64,000 bases of DNA. Origin: a virus. The translations under genes were made by a program, and so were the position numbers. The DNA is taken from the IMG/VR virus record IMGVR_UViG_3300025151_000016; one strand, given 5' to 3'. This document shows positions 18,789-26,970 of the stretch, in pieces. Within the stretch, counting starts at the first letter, position 1; each line of letters begins with the position of its first letter. Below the pieces are notes generated by a model. The model did no database searches, had not been told where the DNA came from, and saw only the letters and a program-made list of their open reading frames with translations.

Positions 18789-19043
18789 TTATATATTATC
18801 CTTTTTCTTTTCAACTTCAGGTATTCTTAAAACTTTATGTGCAAACCATTTAAGAATTCTTTTAACACCATTGACAATCCATTCATTAAAGAAATGTCTA
18901 AGGATTCTAACAATAATAAGAATAGGTGAGTAAAGAACATCAAAGACGACTAGAAGAAGATCAACAATCAAGTCGATCATGCTGTCTACATTCCACAGCT
19001 CTTTTAGTCTCTTTTTAAATTTGGTTCTTGTTTTCTTAAACAT
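18789..19043 (-). CDS. Small membrane protein
   Basis: Central hydrophobic segment. Confidence 0.6.
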   Translation of the reverse strand: MFKKTRTKFKKRLKELWNVDSMIDLIVDLLLVVFDVLYSPILIIVRILRHFFNEWIVNGVKRILKWFAHKVLRIPEVEKKKDNI

Positions 19044-19621
19044 TAATCGCTATTGAGTGGGTTGTCCAATGCTTCTTGTAATTTTTCGTTTAAATCATTT
19101 TCAAGTTGTCTCGAATCTGCATCAATACGTTCTTCAGTTTCTCTCATAGTATTGCGAACATCTTTTTCAGATTCACGCATAAGTCCTTCTACTTCACGTA
19201 TAGATTGTGTAACATCTTTACGTAACTGATTCATTTCTTCACGCATAGTTTCTAAATGAGTTTCTATTAAGTCTTGAGAATTTTTCACTCTTACCTCTGA
19301 TGCTTCTACTTTATCTTCTGCTCTGTCAGCATGTGCTTCCATTGCAGCTACGTCTTCACGTAAATCGTTTTTTATATCTCTTGCATATTCAATCGCTTCA
19401 TCTACTCTTAACATGCTTTCATCTATTTTTAAAATAACTTTTTCATTTTCCGCAGCGATTGCATCTACATCAATGTTCTGTACAATTTCTTTCATGTCTG
19501 TGTAGTCTTTGTAAAACTCAAAGCCAGCCCAAAGTCCTCCACCTAAAGTAGATAACGCAGTAAGAACGACAAACATCTTACCGCCTCTAAATGTTGTACC
19601 AGCAATTTCAAATTCTGCCAT
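19043..19621 (-). CDS. Membrane-anchored coiled-coil protein
   Basis: N-terminal TM helix then long heptad region ending DNPL. Confidence 0.7.
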   Translation of the reverse strand: MAEFEIAGTTFRGGKMFVVLTALSTLGGGLWAGFEFYKDYTDMKEIVQNIDVDAIAAENEKVILKIDESMLRVDEAIEYARDIKNDLREDVAAMEAHADRAEDKVEASEVRVKNSQDLIETHLETMREEMNQLRKDVTQSIREVEGLMRESEKDVRNTMRETEERIDADSRQLENDLNEKLQEALDNPLNSD

Positions 19622-19622
19622 G

Positions 19623-21011
19623 TTAGTTTCCTTCGTACTGTTGTCTTACCATTTCTCTATGAGTAGCATCAGAAGCACCGTTAAAGAATCTTGCTGCAGG
19701 ATTGTCATAGTTCTGTTGTCCTTCATATATTTCTTTTGGTGCATAAAAATCAGCGTCTGCCATCTGCGGTTGTTGGTACTGTGCAAAGTTAGGATTATAT
19801 CCCATTAGCGCAGCTTGAGCATCTTCGCTATCATCACCAGCAACAGCAGCTGCAACTAAATCTTCTTGTGTTTCCAGTGATTCTTGCTTTGCTTCTTCTT
19901 CACTTTCTTCTTGATTTTCTATTTGTTCTGCAATAATATTATCCTCAAGAGAAAGAATATTTGTTAAAGTATTTTCTATTACGTTAGTCGCTGTTGCAAC
20001 TTCAAATGTATCAATCGTTATTTCTATATTTATAGACTGCTCTATAATTGATTCGGCAGATATATTACCTGTTTTATCAGGCATTTTCTTAACATCTTCG
20101 GATGCTACAACCTCTGGTTCTTCTGGTTCTTCTATCGTTTCAAGTTGTTCTTCGAGTGACATTACTTCTCCAGTCGATTGTATGTAAACCCATTCATCTT
20201 CTTGTAGTTGTGGTATTGTTTCATCTGGAGCATTACCTATAAAGTCTTCACAAGTAGGATCTACAACGGGTACTTGTTTACATGGATCTGGATCATATAC
20301 AAATGTGCTATAGATTGCAGCACTGCCAAACTCAGGTCCGTACCATCCTGGCCACTCGGCCGCATCTTTTCCTTCTATCTCAAGAGTAATAGTATCAATC
20401 TTATCACCAGTAATAAAAGGATCGTACCATTGCATTCCATATTTTGTTTCCCATTGATCAATGTGGTAAGAGTAATCCCATTCTTTTTCGTCTAATACAT
20501 TACCGGCTTTATCTTTTACAGTAACTGTAACGATAAGAGGATCTTGTCCTTCCACACCATTTGTGTCTTCCTGATTCGTATCTGCGTTTTTAACTTTCCA
20601 TTGCCAACGATAACCAACAACAGTTATGCCAGCAACTTTAAGAGCTTGACCAATAGCATCTTGTGTTTGAGAAATAACTGATGTTTCGTACCCAAACGTG
20701 TAAGTATCTTTGTTTGTTGCTGAGTTCGCGCATTGACCACCGGAACCAGGACTATTTTCTCCTCCGCTCCATCTTCTAAACCCAAATGTTTCAATACAAC
20801 CAGTAGTTGCTTCATAGTCTAGATCTTCAATGATCTGATCTATATAAACTTTATCTTCTTCAACACCAGAAAGATTAGTAGGCGCGAAGTTAAGCACGCT
20901 TTGATCAATATCATCTTGAGTTAAGTTACCGTCGTAAGAATATTCTTGACTAGATAGCGAGGAGCAAAGCAAGAAGAACGCCGCCGATAGTAAGAGCGGT
21001 TGTCTTATCAT
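19623..21011 (-). CDS. Exported acidic protein
   Basis: Signal peptide, aromatic beta-rich domain, Cys pairs, acidic linker. Confidence 0.65.
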   Translation of the reverse strand: MIRQPLLLSAAFFLLCSSLSSQEYSYDGNLTQDDIDQSVLNFAPTNLSGVEEDKVYIDQIIEDLDYEATTGCIETFGFRRWSGGENSPGSGGQCANSATNKDTYTFGYETSVISQTQDAIGQALKVAGITVVGYRWQWKVKNADTNQEDTNGVEGQDPLIVTVTVKDKAGNVLDEKEWDYSYHIDQWETKYGMQWYDPFITGDKIDTITLEIEGKDAAEWPGWYGPEFGSAAIYSTFVYDPDPCKQVPVVDPTCEDFIGNAPDETIPQLQEDEWVYIQSTGEVMSLEEQLETIEEPEEPEVVASEDVKKMPDKTGNISAESIIEQSINIEITIDTFEVATATNVIENTLTNILSLEDNIIAEQIENQEESEEEAKQESLETQEDLVAAAVAGDDSEDAQAALMGYNPNFAQYQQPQMADADFYAPKEIYEGQQNYDNPAARFFNGASDATHREMVRQQYEGN

Positions 21012-21678
21012 TCTTTTCCTTTCTGTCATCTACTGGCTTAGCATCAGGATCGTTATCCCATAAAGCTTGAGCAACTGTGCCGATGTTTCCTTTGTATGGA
21101 CAAGGTGTTCCAGCCATTTCCATAGCTTTAAATATAGTTTCTTCTTGACACATAAGTGCTACAGCCGCAACCTTCATACCCATGTTATAAAGTGTCTTGG
21201 CATTTTTTAACCTTTCACAGTTCATGTCACGAATATGTCCACCACCTGACATACCAAGTATCTGAGTTTGAACCGCTGCCGAATATGAGACAGTACATGT
21301 ATCATTTCCACCTGATTGAATAGATGGTGCAATTGCTGAAGGCGGTGCAGTAATTACTTCTTGAGTAATATCACTGGTGTTATTATTATTATTGTTTGCT
21401 GTGCTGTTAACTGTAGTATTGTTTGTATTTGTATTTGTACTAGTGCTCGTATTTGTATTATTTGTAGTAACATTAGAAGTAGAGTTAACAGTGCTTGTAC
21501 TATTAACTGTAGTATTGTTTGTAGTTGTTACATTCGAAGTATTTGTATTGTTAGTGGTGCTGTCAGTTTCCACATAACTGGTAGAATCAAATTTGCCGTC
21601 TGCATCATCGGTCACATCACCAAAAGCTGCAGAGGTTGCAATCATTACGAAGAACGCACCAAGTAGATGCTTCTTCAT
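20950..21678 (-). CDS. Exported protein with Thr/Asn low-complexity tract, Cys-rich domain and C-terminal anchor
   Basis: Signal peptide; TTNNTNTS-like repeats; CTVS...NCERLK...LMCQ...AGTPCP. Confidence 0.7.
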   Translation of the reverse strand: MKKHLLGAFFVMIATSAAFGDVTDDADGKFDSTSYVETDSTTNNTNTSNVTTTNNTTVNSTSTVNSTSNVTTNNTNTSTSTNTNTNNTTVNSTANNNNNNTSDITQEVITAPPSAIAPSIQSGGNDTCTVSYSAAVQTQILGMSGGGHIRDMNCERLKNAKTLYNMGMKVAAVALMCQEETIFKAMEMAGTPCPYKGNIGTVAQALWDNDPDAKPVDDRKEKNDKTTALTIGGVLLALLLAI

Positions 21679-21706
21679 TGAGTATCCTCTCTTCTCTGTT
21701 CATAAT

Positions 21707-21714
21707 TATTTATA
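21707..21714 (-). promoter_or_regulatory. T4 late promoter
   Basis: TATAAATA upstream of 21678. Confidence 0.7.
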
Positions 21715-21778
21715 AACTGTCTTTAAAAATGGTAATGACAATAATTTGTCAATTTTTTACTGTCAAATTTTTGACAAG

Positions 21779-21805
21779 CAAAAGGAGGGCTAACCGTGGC
21801 CCTCC
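21779..21805 (-). terminator. Rho-independent terminator
   Basis: GGAGGGC-loop-GCCCTCC-TTTT. Confidence 0.75.
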
Positions 21806-21837
21806 GCGTGCTTATTGAGTAGCAACCCTATACTAGT

Positions 21838-22236
21838 TTAGAATGAGAATGAAATACCTACTTCGATATCGCTCATTTCTTCAGCTTCTAGATCGTAACC
21901 TGTTTCAGCATAGACTTTGGAGTCCAGACCCCACATTGTCATGCCATACTCTGCACCGAAGTCTAGAGTTGGTAACTCATCATTGTTTAATGTAAATTCA
22001 TTATCATACAGAATGAAATCCATATCTGCTGAAAAAGCTACACCAGATGAGTGATCATATCCGATACCCGGTGTTAATGTAGCCACCATTGTTTCGTCAT
22101 TGATGTTGTAGCGGTTGTCTAATTCAGCACCTATTGAGATGCCAGTTGCTCCGATTTCAGCTGCTTCTGCTTCAGTCGTTGCCATGCAAGCTGTAAGTAG
22201 TAGTGCTGATGTTGCTGCTGCTGCTGCAAGTTTCAT
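21838..22236 (-). CDS. Small outer-membrane beta-barrel protein
   Basis: Signal peptide, alternating beta strands, C-terminal GISFSF beta-signal. Confidence 0.7.
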   Translation of the reverse strand: MKLAAAAATSALLLTACMATTEAEAAEIGATGISIGAELDNRYNINDETMVATLTPGIGYDHSSGVAFSADMDFILYDNEFTLNNDELPTLDFGAEYGMTMWGLDSKVYAETGYDLEAEEMSDIEVGISFSF

Positions 22237-22258
22237 TTAATTTTTCCCTTATTAAATT

Positions 22259-22492
22259 TTATTTACGATTCCAGATTTCATACAGAACCCAAACTGAGAT
22301 CAAACCCATGACGCCTTCAGCGCCGAGTCCAGCTAACATTGCTGTTACATTGTCAACTACACTCATACCTTCGGGCATGAATGGCATAGCACTTAGTCCT
22401 AGTATCTCTAGGATAATCGCTAATGCAGCAACACTAAGTCCTACATCAGCTAAGGCGCCTGCCCATGATTTCACTTTGTTTAAAGTTTCCAT
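22259..22492 (-). CDS. Small membrane protein
   Basis: Two hydrophobic helices; AAGGAG RBS. Confidence 0.7.
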   Translation of the reverse strand: METLNKVKSWAGALADVGLSVAALAIILEILGLSAMPFMPEGMSVVDNVTAMLAGLGAEGVMGLISVWVLYEIWNRK

Positions 22493-22511
22493 AATTGTCT
22501 CCTTACTTTAT

Positions 22512-22647
22512 GGTACCACTTTTCTGTTGCTAAGCAAGTGGCCAGCTCCCTGTGATTATGCAGCTAGTGCAAATCCAGAAGGTGCAAAGTTATCGTTTGC
22601 ATTTATGTTTTATAGACTCAAATACCAGTCAATCCTATTTCACCCCC
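22512..22647 (-). ncRNA. ssrA: Two-piece tmRNA, coding piece (3' end approximate)
   Basis: 5' GGGGGTGAAATAGGATTGAC; tag ORF 22600-22556 = ANDNFAPSGFALAA*; 3' hairpin with GCAACAGAA. Confidence 0.92.
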
Positions 22648-22658
22648 ACAAAACCACA

Positions 22659-22850
22659 CTACTTGGAATCTAAAACTTCTTTGCATTTACCTGATGCATA
22701 AGTTTCGAACCAACGAGGAACAAAGGCATGTATGAAGCAAGCATATGCTGCTTTTTCCAACTGCCATGAAATCCACAAAGCTCGTTTGAAATGTTGCCAG
22801 CGTGTCATGCCAGCTTCTTCTACGTGTGATTTACATTTCTTACTAATCAT
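22659..22850 (-). CDS. 63-aa protein (DUF6356-like) inside the tmRNA intervening segment
   Basis: AAGGA RBS; H.EE.GMT.WQHF..A...CFIHAFVP.WFET.AS. Confidence 0.8.
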   Translation of the reverse strand: MISKKCKSHVEEAGMTRWQHFKRALWISWQLEKAAYACFIHAFVPRWFETYASGKCKEVLDSK

Positions 22851-22870
22851 GTTTTTCCTTAATGTGTTTT

Positions 22871-22923
22871 TGGTGGAGGTGCTGGGTTCTGCCCCCAGGT
22901 CCTGTATATCCTCTAACATCTAT
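22871..22923 (-). ncRNA. ssrA: Two-piece tmRNA, acceptor piece (5' end approximate)
   Basis: GGACCTGGGGGCAGAACCCAGCACCTCCACCA; CACCTCC pairs with GGGGGTG giving G3.U70. Confidence 0.92.
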
Positions 22924-22929
22924 GAGGTT

Positions 22930-22958
22930 ATTTAACCATATATCCCAGAGAAAGTAAA
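22930..22958 (-). promoter_or_regulatory. Promoter for tmRNA precursor
   Basis: TTTACT-N17-TTAAAT, also contains late-like TAAATA. Confidence 0.7.
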
Positions 22959-23027
22959 TGGCTTTTCACGATATTCCTTGACCGTGATATAATTATCACT
23001 ATACCATTAACATCGTATACGATGAAT

Positions 23028-23411
23028 TTACTCTTCTTCTTGAGTATCGTGAATGTATAATTGGATAAGGGCATAATGCAATACCTTCATCAAATCTTTA
23101 CGAGCATCAGCGTGACTTCCTTTTTTGCCATATCGCTGAGCATACTTAAGAACATTACCGATACAGAAACCAGTGCCGTGGCCTCCATCAATAATGAATT
23201 CAGTTGCTTGAAACTTATCTTTAGCATAGTGCTGTTCATATGTCCCATCAATATAATTCTTAAACTCTTCAATTAAATTGCCTTCATTAAATTTATAATC
23301 AATCATGTCGTAGTTATTTAAATCCAAGGTAATAGGTCCTATCGTATCAATTTCAATTGTTGAATTTTTATTAGCGAATTCGACTACGTTGTCGTCTTTT
23401 GCCATATCCAA
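23028..23411 (-). CDS. DUF3310-like protein (T7 gp1.7 nucleotide-kinase related)
   Basis: HY...Q..E.I...GFCIGNVLKYAQRYGKK...DL.K..HY. Confidence 0.7.
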   Translation of the reverse strand: MDMAKDDNVVEFANKNSTIEIDTIGPITLDLNNYDMIDYKFNEGNLIEEFKNYIDGTYEQHYAKDKFQATEFIIDGGHGTGFCIGNVLKYAQRYGKKGSHADARKDLMKVLHYALIQLYIHDTQEEE

Positions 23412-23559
23412 GTCTCCTCATAATTTTCATTCGTTCGTTGTAATGCATTCTCGGCCACTTACTTATTTCTTCTTGAGTTCTACCACAACCAACACATTCT
23501 TTTGTTTTTCTATCAATTCGACATATCTGTACGCATGGTGTTACGTACATCAATCCCAC
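23371..23559 (-). CDS. DUF1289-family small Cys protein
   Basis: TPCVQIC...CVGCGRT..EI..W. Confidence 0.85.
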   Translation of the reverse strand: MGLMYVTPCVQICRIDRKTKECVGCGRTQEEISKWPRMHYNERMKIMRRLGYGKRRQRSRIR

Positions 23560-24035
23560 CTACCAGTCCAGACATAAAAGACATGTAGTCCAATAATCTT
23601 ACTTACGCTCAAAGATTTTTCTTTATTCCAAAACGGATCTACATAATTAGCGTGATAGAATGTAGCTCCATGTGATGGATCTACAGTGTTACCAATTATA
23701 ACGTCACGTGCTATAACCATAGCTCTATCCCAAGCACGTTTTTCTCGAGGCGTATGGTCCTTTACAAGGAACGTCCAACTGAATTGTTTGTACTGATAAA
23801 CAACATCACATATATTATCAGGAAAATGCGCGTGATTAACACGATTCATAGTTACGTGTGCCACAGCAATTTGTCCTTCTATCCTTTCGCTTCTTGCTTC
23901 ATGATAGACGTTCATTGCCAGACAGTTTTGCTGTTTTGGATCTACTTCAGGTAGACCAAGCATAGCGATGCTAAATAAGCCTGCTGTTATACTCATAGTG
24001 ATTAACCCACTTGTTATAGAAATAAATCTGTTCAT
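23550..24035 (-). CDS. Cell wall hydrolase, SleB/Hydrolase_2 family
   Basis: CLA.NVYHEARSE...AVA.V..NRV...ICDVVYQ..QFSW...ATFYHA.YV.P.W. Confidence 0.92.
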   Translation of the reverse strand: MNRFISITSGLITMSITAGLFSIAMLGLPEVDPKQQNCLAMNVYHEARSERIEGQIAVAHVTMNRVNHAHFPDNICDVVYQYKQFSWTFLVKDHTPREKRAWDRAMVIARDVIIGNTVDPSHGATFYHANYVDPFWNKEKSLSVSKIIGLHVFYVWTGRWD

Positions 24036-24075
24036 TAGTATTTATTATAGCTCGTATTCCTCTTTTTCATGTACC

Positions 24076-24104
24076 ATTCTATACTATTCTTTCGCAAATG
24101 TAAA
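24076..24104 (-). promoter_or_regulatory. Sigma70-type promoter
   Basis: TTTACA-N17-TAGAAT. Confidence 0.75.
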
Positions 24105-24143
24105 GGAAAAAGTTTTGTTTGTTTTCAATAAGATACGTTTTTT

Positions 24144-24151
24144 TATAAATA
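24144..24151 (+). promoter_or_regulatory. T4 late promoter for plus-strand operon
   Basis: TATAAATA 19 nt before ATG at 24171. Confidence 0.75.
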
Positions 24152-24170
24152 GTTACGAAGGGAAACTGCT

Positions 24171-24653
24171 ATGATAGATCCAATAAGCGCGATCGGAATG
24201 GCGACAGCCGCGTATAATGGCATTAAAAAAGCTGTTAGTACGGGTAAAGAGTTGCATGATATGGCGGGTACGCTGCAGAAATGGGCTACATCTATGTCTG
24301 ACTTAGATTTTGCTCATAAGCAGGCTCAGAATCCTCCAATGTTTAAAAAAATGTTTGGCGCAAGTCAAATAGAACAAAACGCATTAGAAGTATGGGGCCA
24401 TAAGCAAAAGGCTAAAGAAATGCGTGAGGAAATGAAAACACATATTAGTTTTTATTATGGACCATCTGCTTGGGATGAGATTGTTCGTATAGAAGGTGAT
24501 ATGAGAAAGAAACGTAAAGAAGCTGTGTATGCAGCCGAAGAGCGTAAACAGTTAATATTAGAATGGTTAGTAGGAATCATTGTAGGTGCGGCTGTTCTTG
24601 GCATCATGATTTTAATAATCTGGATTATAGGTTCAACACAAGGGAAATGGTAA
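24171..24653 (+). CDS. Hypothetical protein with C-terminal TM helix
   Basis: MIDPISA start, RBS, late promoter. Confidence 0.8.
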   Translation: MIDPISAIGMATAAYNGIKKAVSTGKELHDMAGTLQKWATSMSDLDFAHKQAQNPPMFKKMFGASQIEQNALEVWGHKQKAKEMREEMKTHISFYYGPSAWDEIVRIEGDMRKKRKEAVYAAEERKQLILEWLVGIIVGAAVLGIMILIIWIIGSTQGKW

Positions 24654-24833
24654 ATGTGGGTATTGCTATGGGTACAGTTAATGGCAACACAAAATGTAAA
24701 TCACTTTCATATTGGTAATTATTCAAAAGAAGTAGACTGCCAGTCGGCTATGAGTGCCGCTGCTGTTTTAGTTACTAGTAAAAATGAAAGCGTTGCTTGC
24801 TTGTACGTAGATATTAATGACATTAGAAATTAG
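24654..24833 (+). CDS. 59-aa exported/membrane hypothetical protein (not in ORF track)
   Basis: MWVLLWVQL...YSKEVDC...SVAC; starts right after upstream stop. Confidence 0.7.
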   Translation: MWVLLWVQLMATQNVNHFHIGNYSKEVDCQSAMSAAAVLVTSKNESVACLYVDINDIRN

Positions 24834-26017
24834 ATAAAAGCTTCCAAAGTATTAGGAGCCTTTTCAATATTGTATGATCGAGTCTTGTTATCTTGCAAGA
24901 CATACTCTGCTTCGATCATTTGCAAGTCACCACCTAAAAATCTTTTTACATTTTCTGCCATGTCCATTGCTGTCGTAACAGGCACGTTCTGACATATCAT
25001 ATTTAAGTTCTTTAGTCCTCCTTGTAATATAAAGTCTTTTGGCATCTTCATTATATCCAATGCTTCGCGAGTATTGATATAACGATCTTCATCGGGGTGG
25101 CATAAGGTATGAGGGAAGTGACCAACGAAAGCACCAATACGATCTTTTCCTATCTCAGTCATCTTTCTCATTATATTTCCACCAGCCGATAACTTATCAA
25201 ACATATAGTTACACTTCTCAGAAAGCTTCTGGTGACCCCTTTCTGCCATCCAAACGCCCACATCCTTATAAGATACACCTTTATCTTCAATATAGTGTAA
25301 AGGATTAGTTGTCTTTTCAATTAGTTGAAAGAACTCAGGATGAGTAATTCCACCATGCATTTCTTCTAGTACGTATTGATAGTAAGGATTGTCCGAAGGT
25401 TTCTGTTTGCTATTCACCTGTTCAAACATTGGATCTGGTTCGTTTGTAGCAGATGAACGAATCTGATCTTCGATCTTAGTGTATGGTCGATTGTAATACG
25501 ATAAGATTGGTACAGAGTTTCCTTTCCAAAAGAAATAGAATGATCTATCTCTAACCTGGCTTAATCCGTGGAGGATTGATTTGGTTTTGTAGATGGAGAA
25601 GACGTAACCGTTTCTTCTTCCGATTTCTCTAAGTTTTGCCACAACTGGTTCTCCCATTCGACTAGCGAGCCGTGGAGCATTTTCACCCCAGAACACAGTT
25701 GGTTGGATGGATTCGAGCACATACTCGGCAGACTTGACCATCCAATCATTAGTATTACTATCACCGCTGCTAGTAGGACTAAGTGAAGAAAGCCCCGCAC
25801 AAGGGCAGACAGTATTGACCACATCCACTCTGCTAGGAGCAGTGTCCCCTTTATCAAGCAGTAGATAAGGAATATTATTATTATAATAGTTAAGAAGTTG
25901 GCTATCATTTGCTGTAAAATCCGTGTAAGAGAGGATGTATTCGGGTCGTTTCCCGAATACGTTTTCCATTGCTATTGTTTCACCTCCTATGAGAGGAACA
26001 ATACTTGCATAATTCAT
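24830..26017 (-). CDS. DNA cytosine-C5 methyltransferase-like protein
   Basis: PC (CPCAGLS), EN (GENAP), QxRxR (QVRDRSF) and C-terminal NVP motifs; motif I divergent (VPLIGG). Confidence 0.75.
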   Translation of the reverse strand: MNYASIVPLIGGETIAMENVFGKRPEYILSYTDFTANDSQLLNYYNNNIPYLLLDKGDTAPSRVDVVNTVCPCAGLSSLSPTSSGDSNTNDWMVKSAEYVLESIQPTVFWGENAPRLASRMGEPVVAKLREIGRRNGYVFSIYKTKSILHGLSQVRDRSFYFFWKGNSVPILSYYNRPYTKIEDQIRSSATNEPDPMFEQVNSKQKPSDNPYYQYVLEEMHGGITHPEFFQLIEKTTNPLHYIEDKGVSYKDVGVWMAERGHQKLSEKCNYMFDKLSAGGNIMRKMTEIGKDRIGAFVGHFPHTLCHPDEDRYINTREALDIMKMPKDFILQGGLKNLNMICQNVPVTTAMDMAENVKRFLGGDLQMIEAEYVLQDNKTRSYNIEKAPNTLEAFI

Positions 26018-26970
26018 TAATTCACCTTGTAATAATCTTTGTACCAAGTGACAAATTTTTCCACGCCATCAGCAATAGGTGTTGTTGGATTATAACCTAA
26101 TTTCTGGAGTTTAGTCGTATCTGACCATGTGGCTGGAGTATCTGCCGGATGTGCTTCACAAGGATTACGTATTGCTGTGCGACCAAGGTTCTTTTCAATA
26201 TGATCTACAAAATCAAGTAACTCTACTTGTTGTCCATATCCGATATTATATATCTCATGATAACTATCACTATCTGTGACAACTTTATCTATCACTAGGC
26301 TTATGCCATGAACAATATCTTCAACGTAAGTAAAGTCACGTTTCATATCACCAAAGTTATATAAGTCAATTGGTTTACCTTTTATAATATTATCAGTAAA
26401 CTTAAACAGCGCCATGTCAGGTCTTCCATAAGGACCATACACAGTAAAGAATCGTAAGCCAGCGGTACGTTTAATTTTTGAATGACCAAACTGACATTCG
26501 TTTACTTTTTTAGACCAGCCATAAGGGTTGTTTTGATTTTCAGGTTTATCAACTTCATTCCAAGGTAACGGCTGTCCATGCATTACACATGATGATGAAG
26601 CATATACTACAGGAATATTGAGTCCTTCGACTTCCAATGCTTCGACGATACGCTGTGTACCAGTAATGTTTGTGTCAATATAGTGCTGTGGTTCGTCCAT
26701 AGCGTGACGTGGATTTGCATATGCTGCAAGGTGTAAGACTACGTCCACGTCATCAAATAATTTCTTATCAGGATGAATGTCTTGAATATCGAGTTGTAAC
26801 GTATCAACTCCATAGTCTTCTCTTAATATTCTTGCTCTTTCTCTTTTTAGTTCTACATCGTAGTAGTCATTAAAATTATCTACTCCTACTACTTGGTGTC
26901 CTCTTGCTGCATAGTATATTGCAGAGTGGAAGCCTATCATGCCGGCTTGGCCTGTGATAAATATTTTCAT
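26017..26970 (-). CDS. NAD-dependent epimerase, UDP-glucuronate 4-epimerase-like
   Basis: TG.AG.IG, DNFNDYYD..LK..R, YASSS, YxxxK, LRFFTVYGPYGRPDMA, RDFTY. Confidence 0.88.
   Translation of the reverse strand: MKIFITGQAGMIGFHSAIYYAARGHQVVGVDNFNDYYDVELKRERARILREDYGVDTLQLDIQDIHPDKKLFDDVDVVLHLAAYANPRHAMDEPQHYIDTNITGTQRIVEALEVEGLNIPVVYASSSCVMHGQPLPWNEVDKPENQNNPYGWSKKVNECQFGHSKIKRTAGLRFFTVYGPYGRPDMALFKFTDNIIKGKPIDLYNFGDMKRDFTYVEDIVHGISLVIDKVVTDSDSYHEIYNIGYGQQVELLDFVDHIEKNLGRTAIRNPCEAHPADTPATWSDTTKLQKLGYNPTTPIADGVEKFVTWYKDYYKVN

Noticed and set aside
22851-22919. N-terminal extension MLEDIQDLGAEPSTSTK of the 86-aa ORF
   Set aside because: It is the tmRNA acceptor piece read in frame; the RBS supports the ATG at 22850
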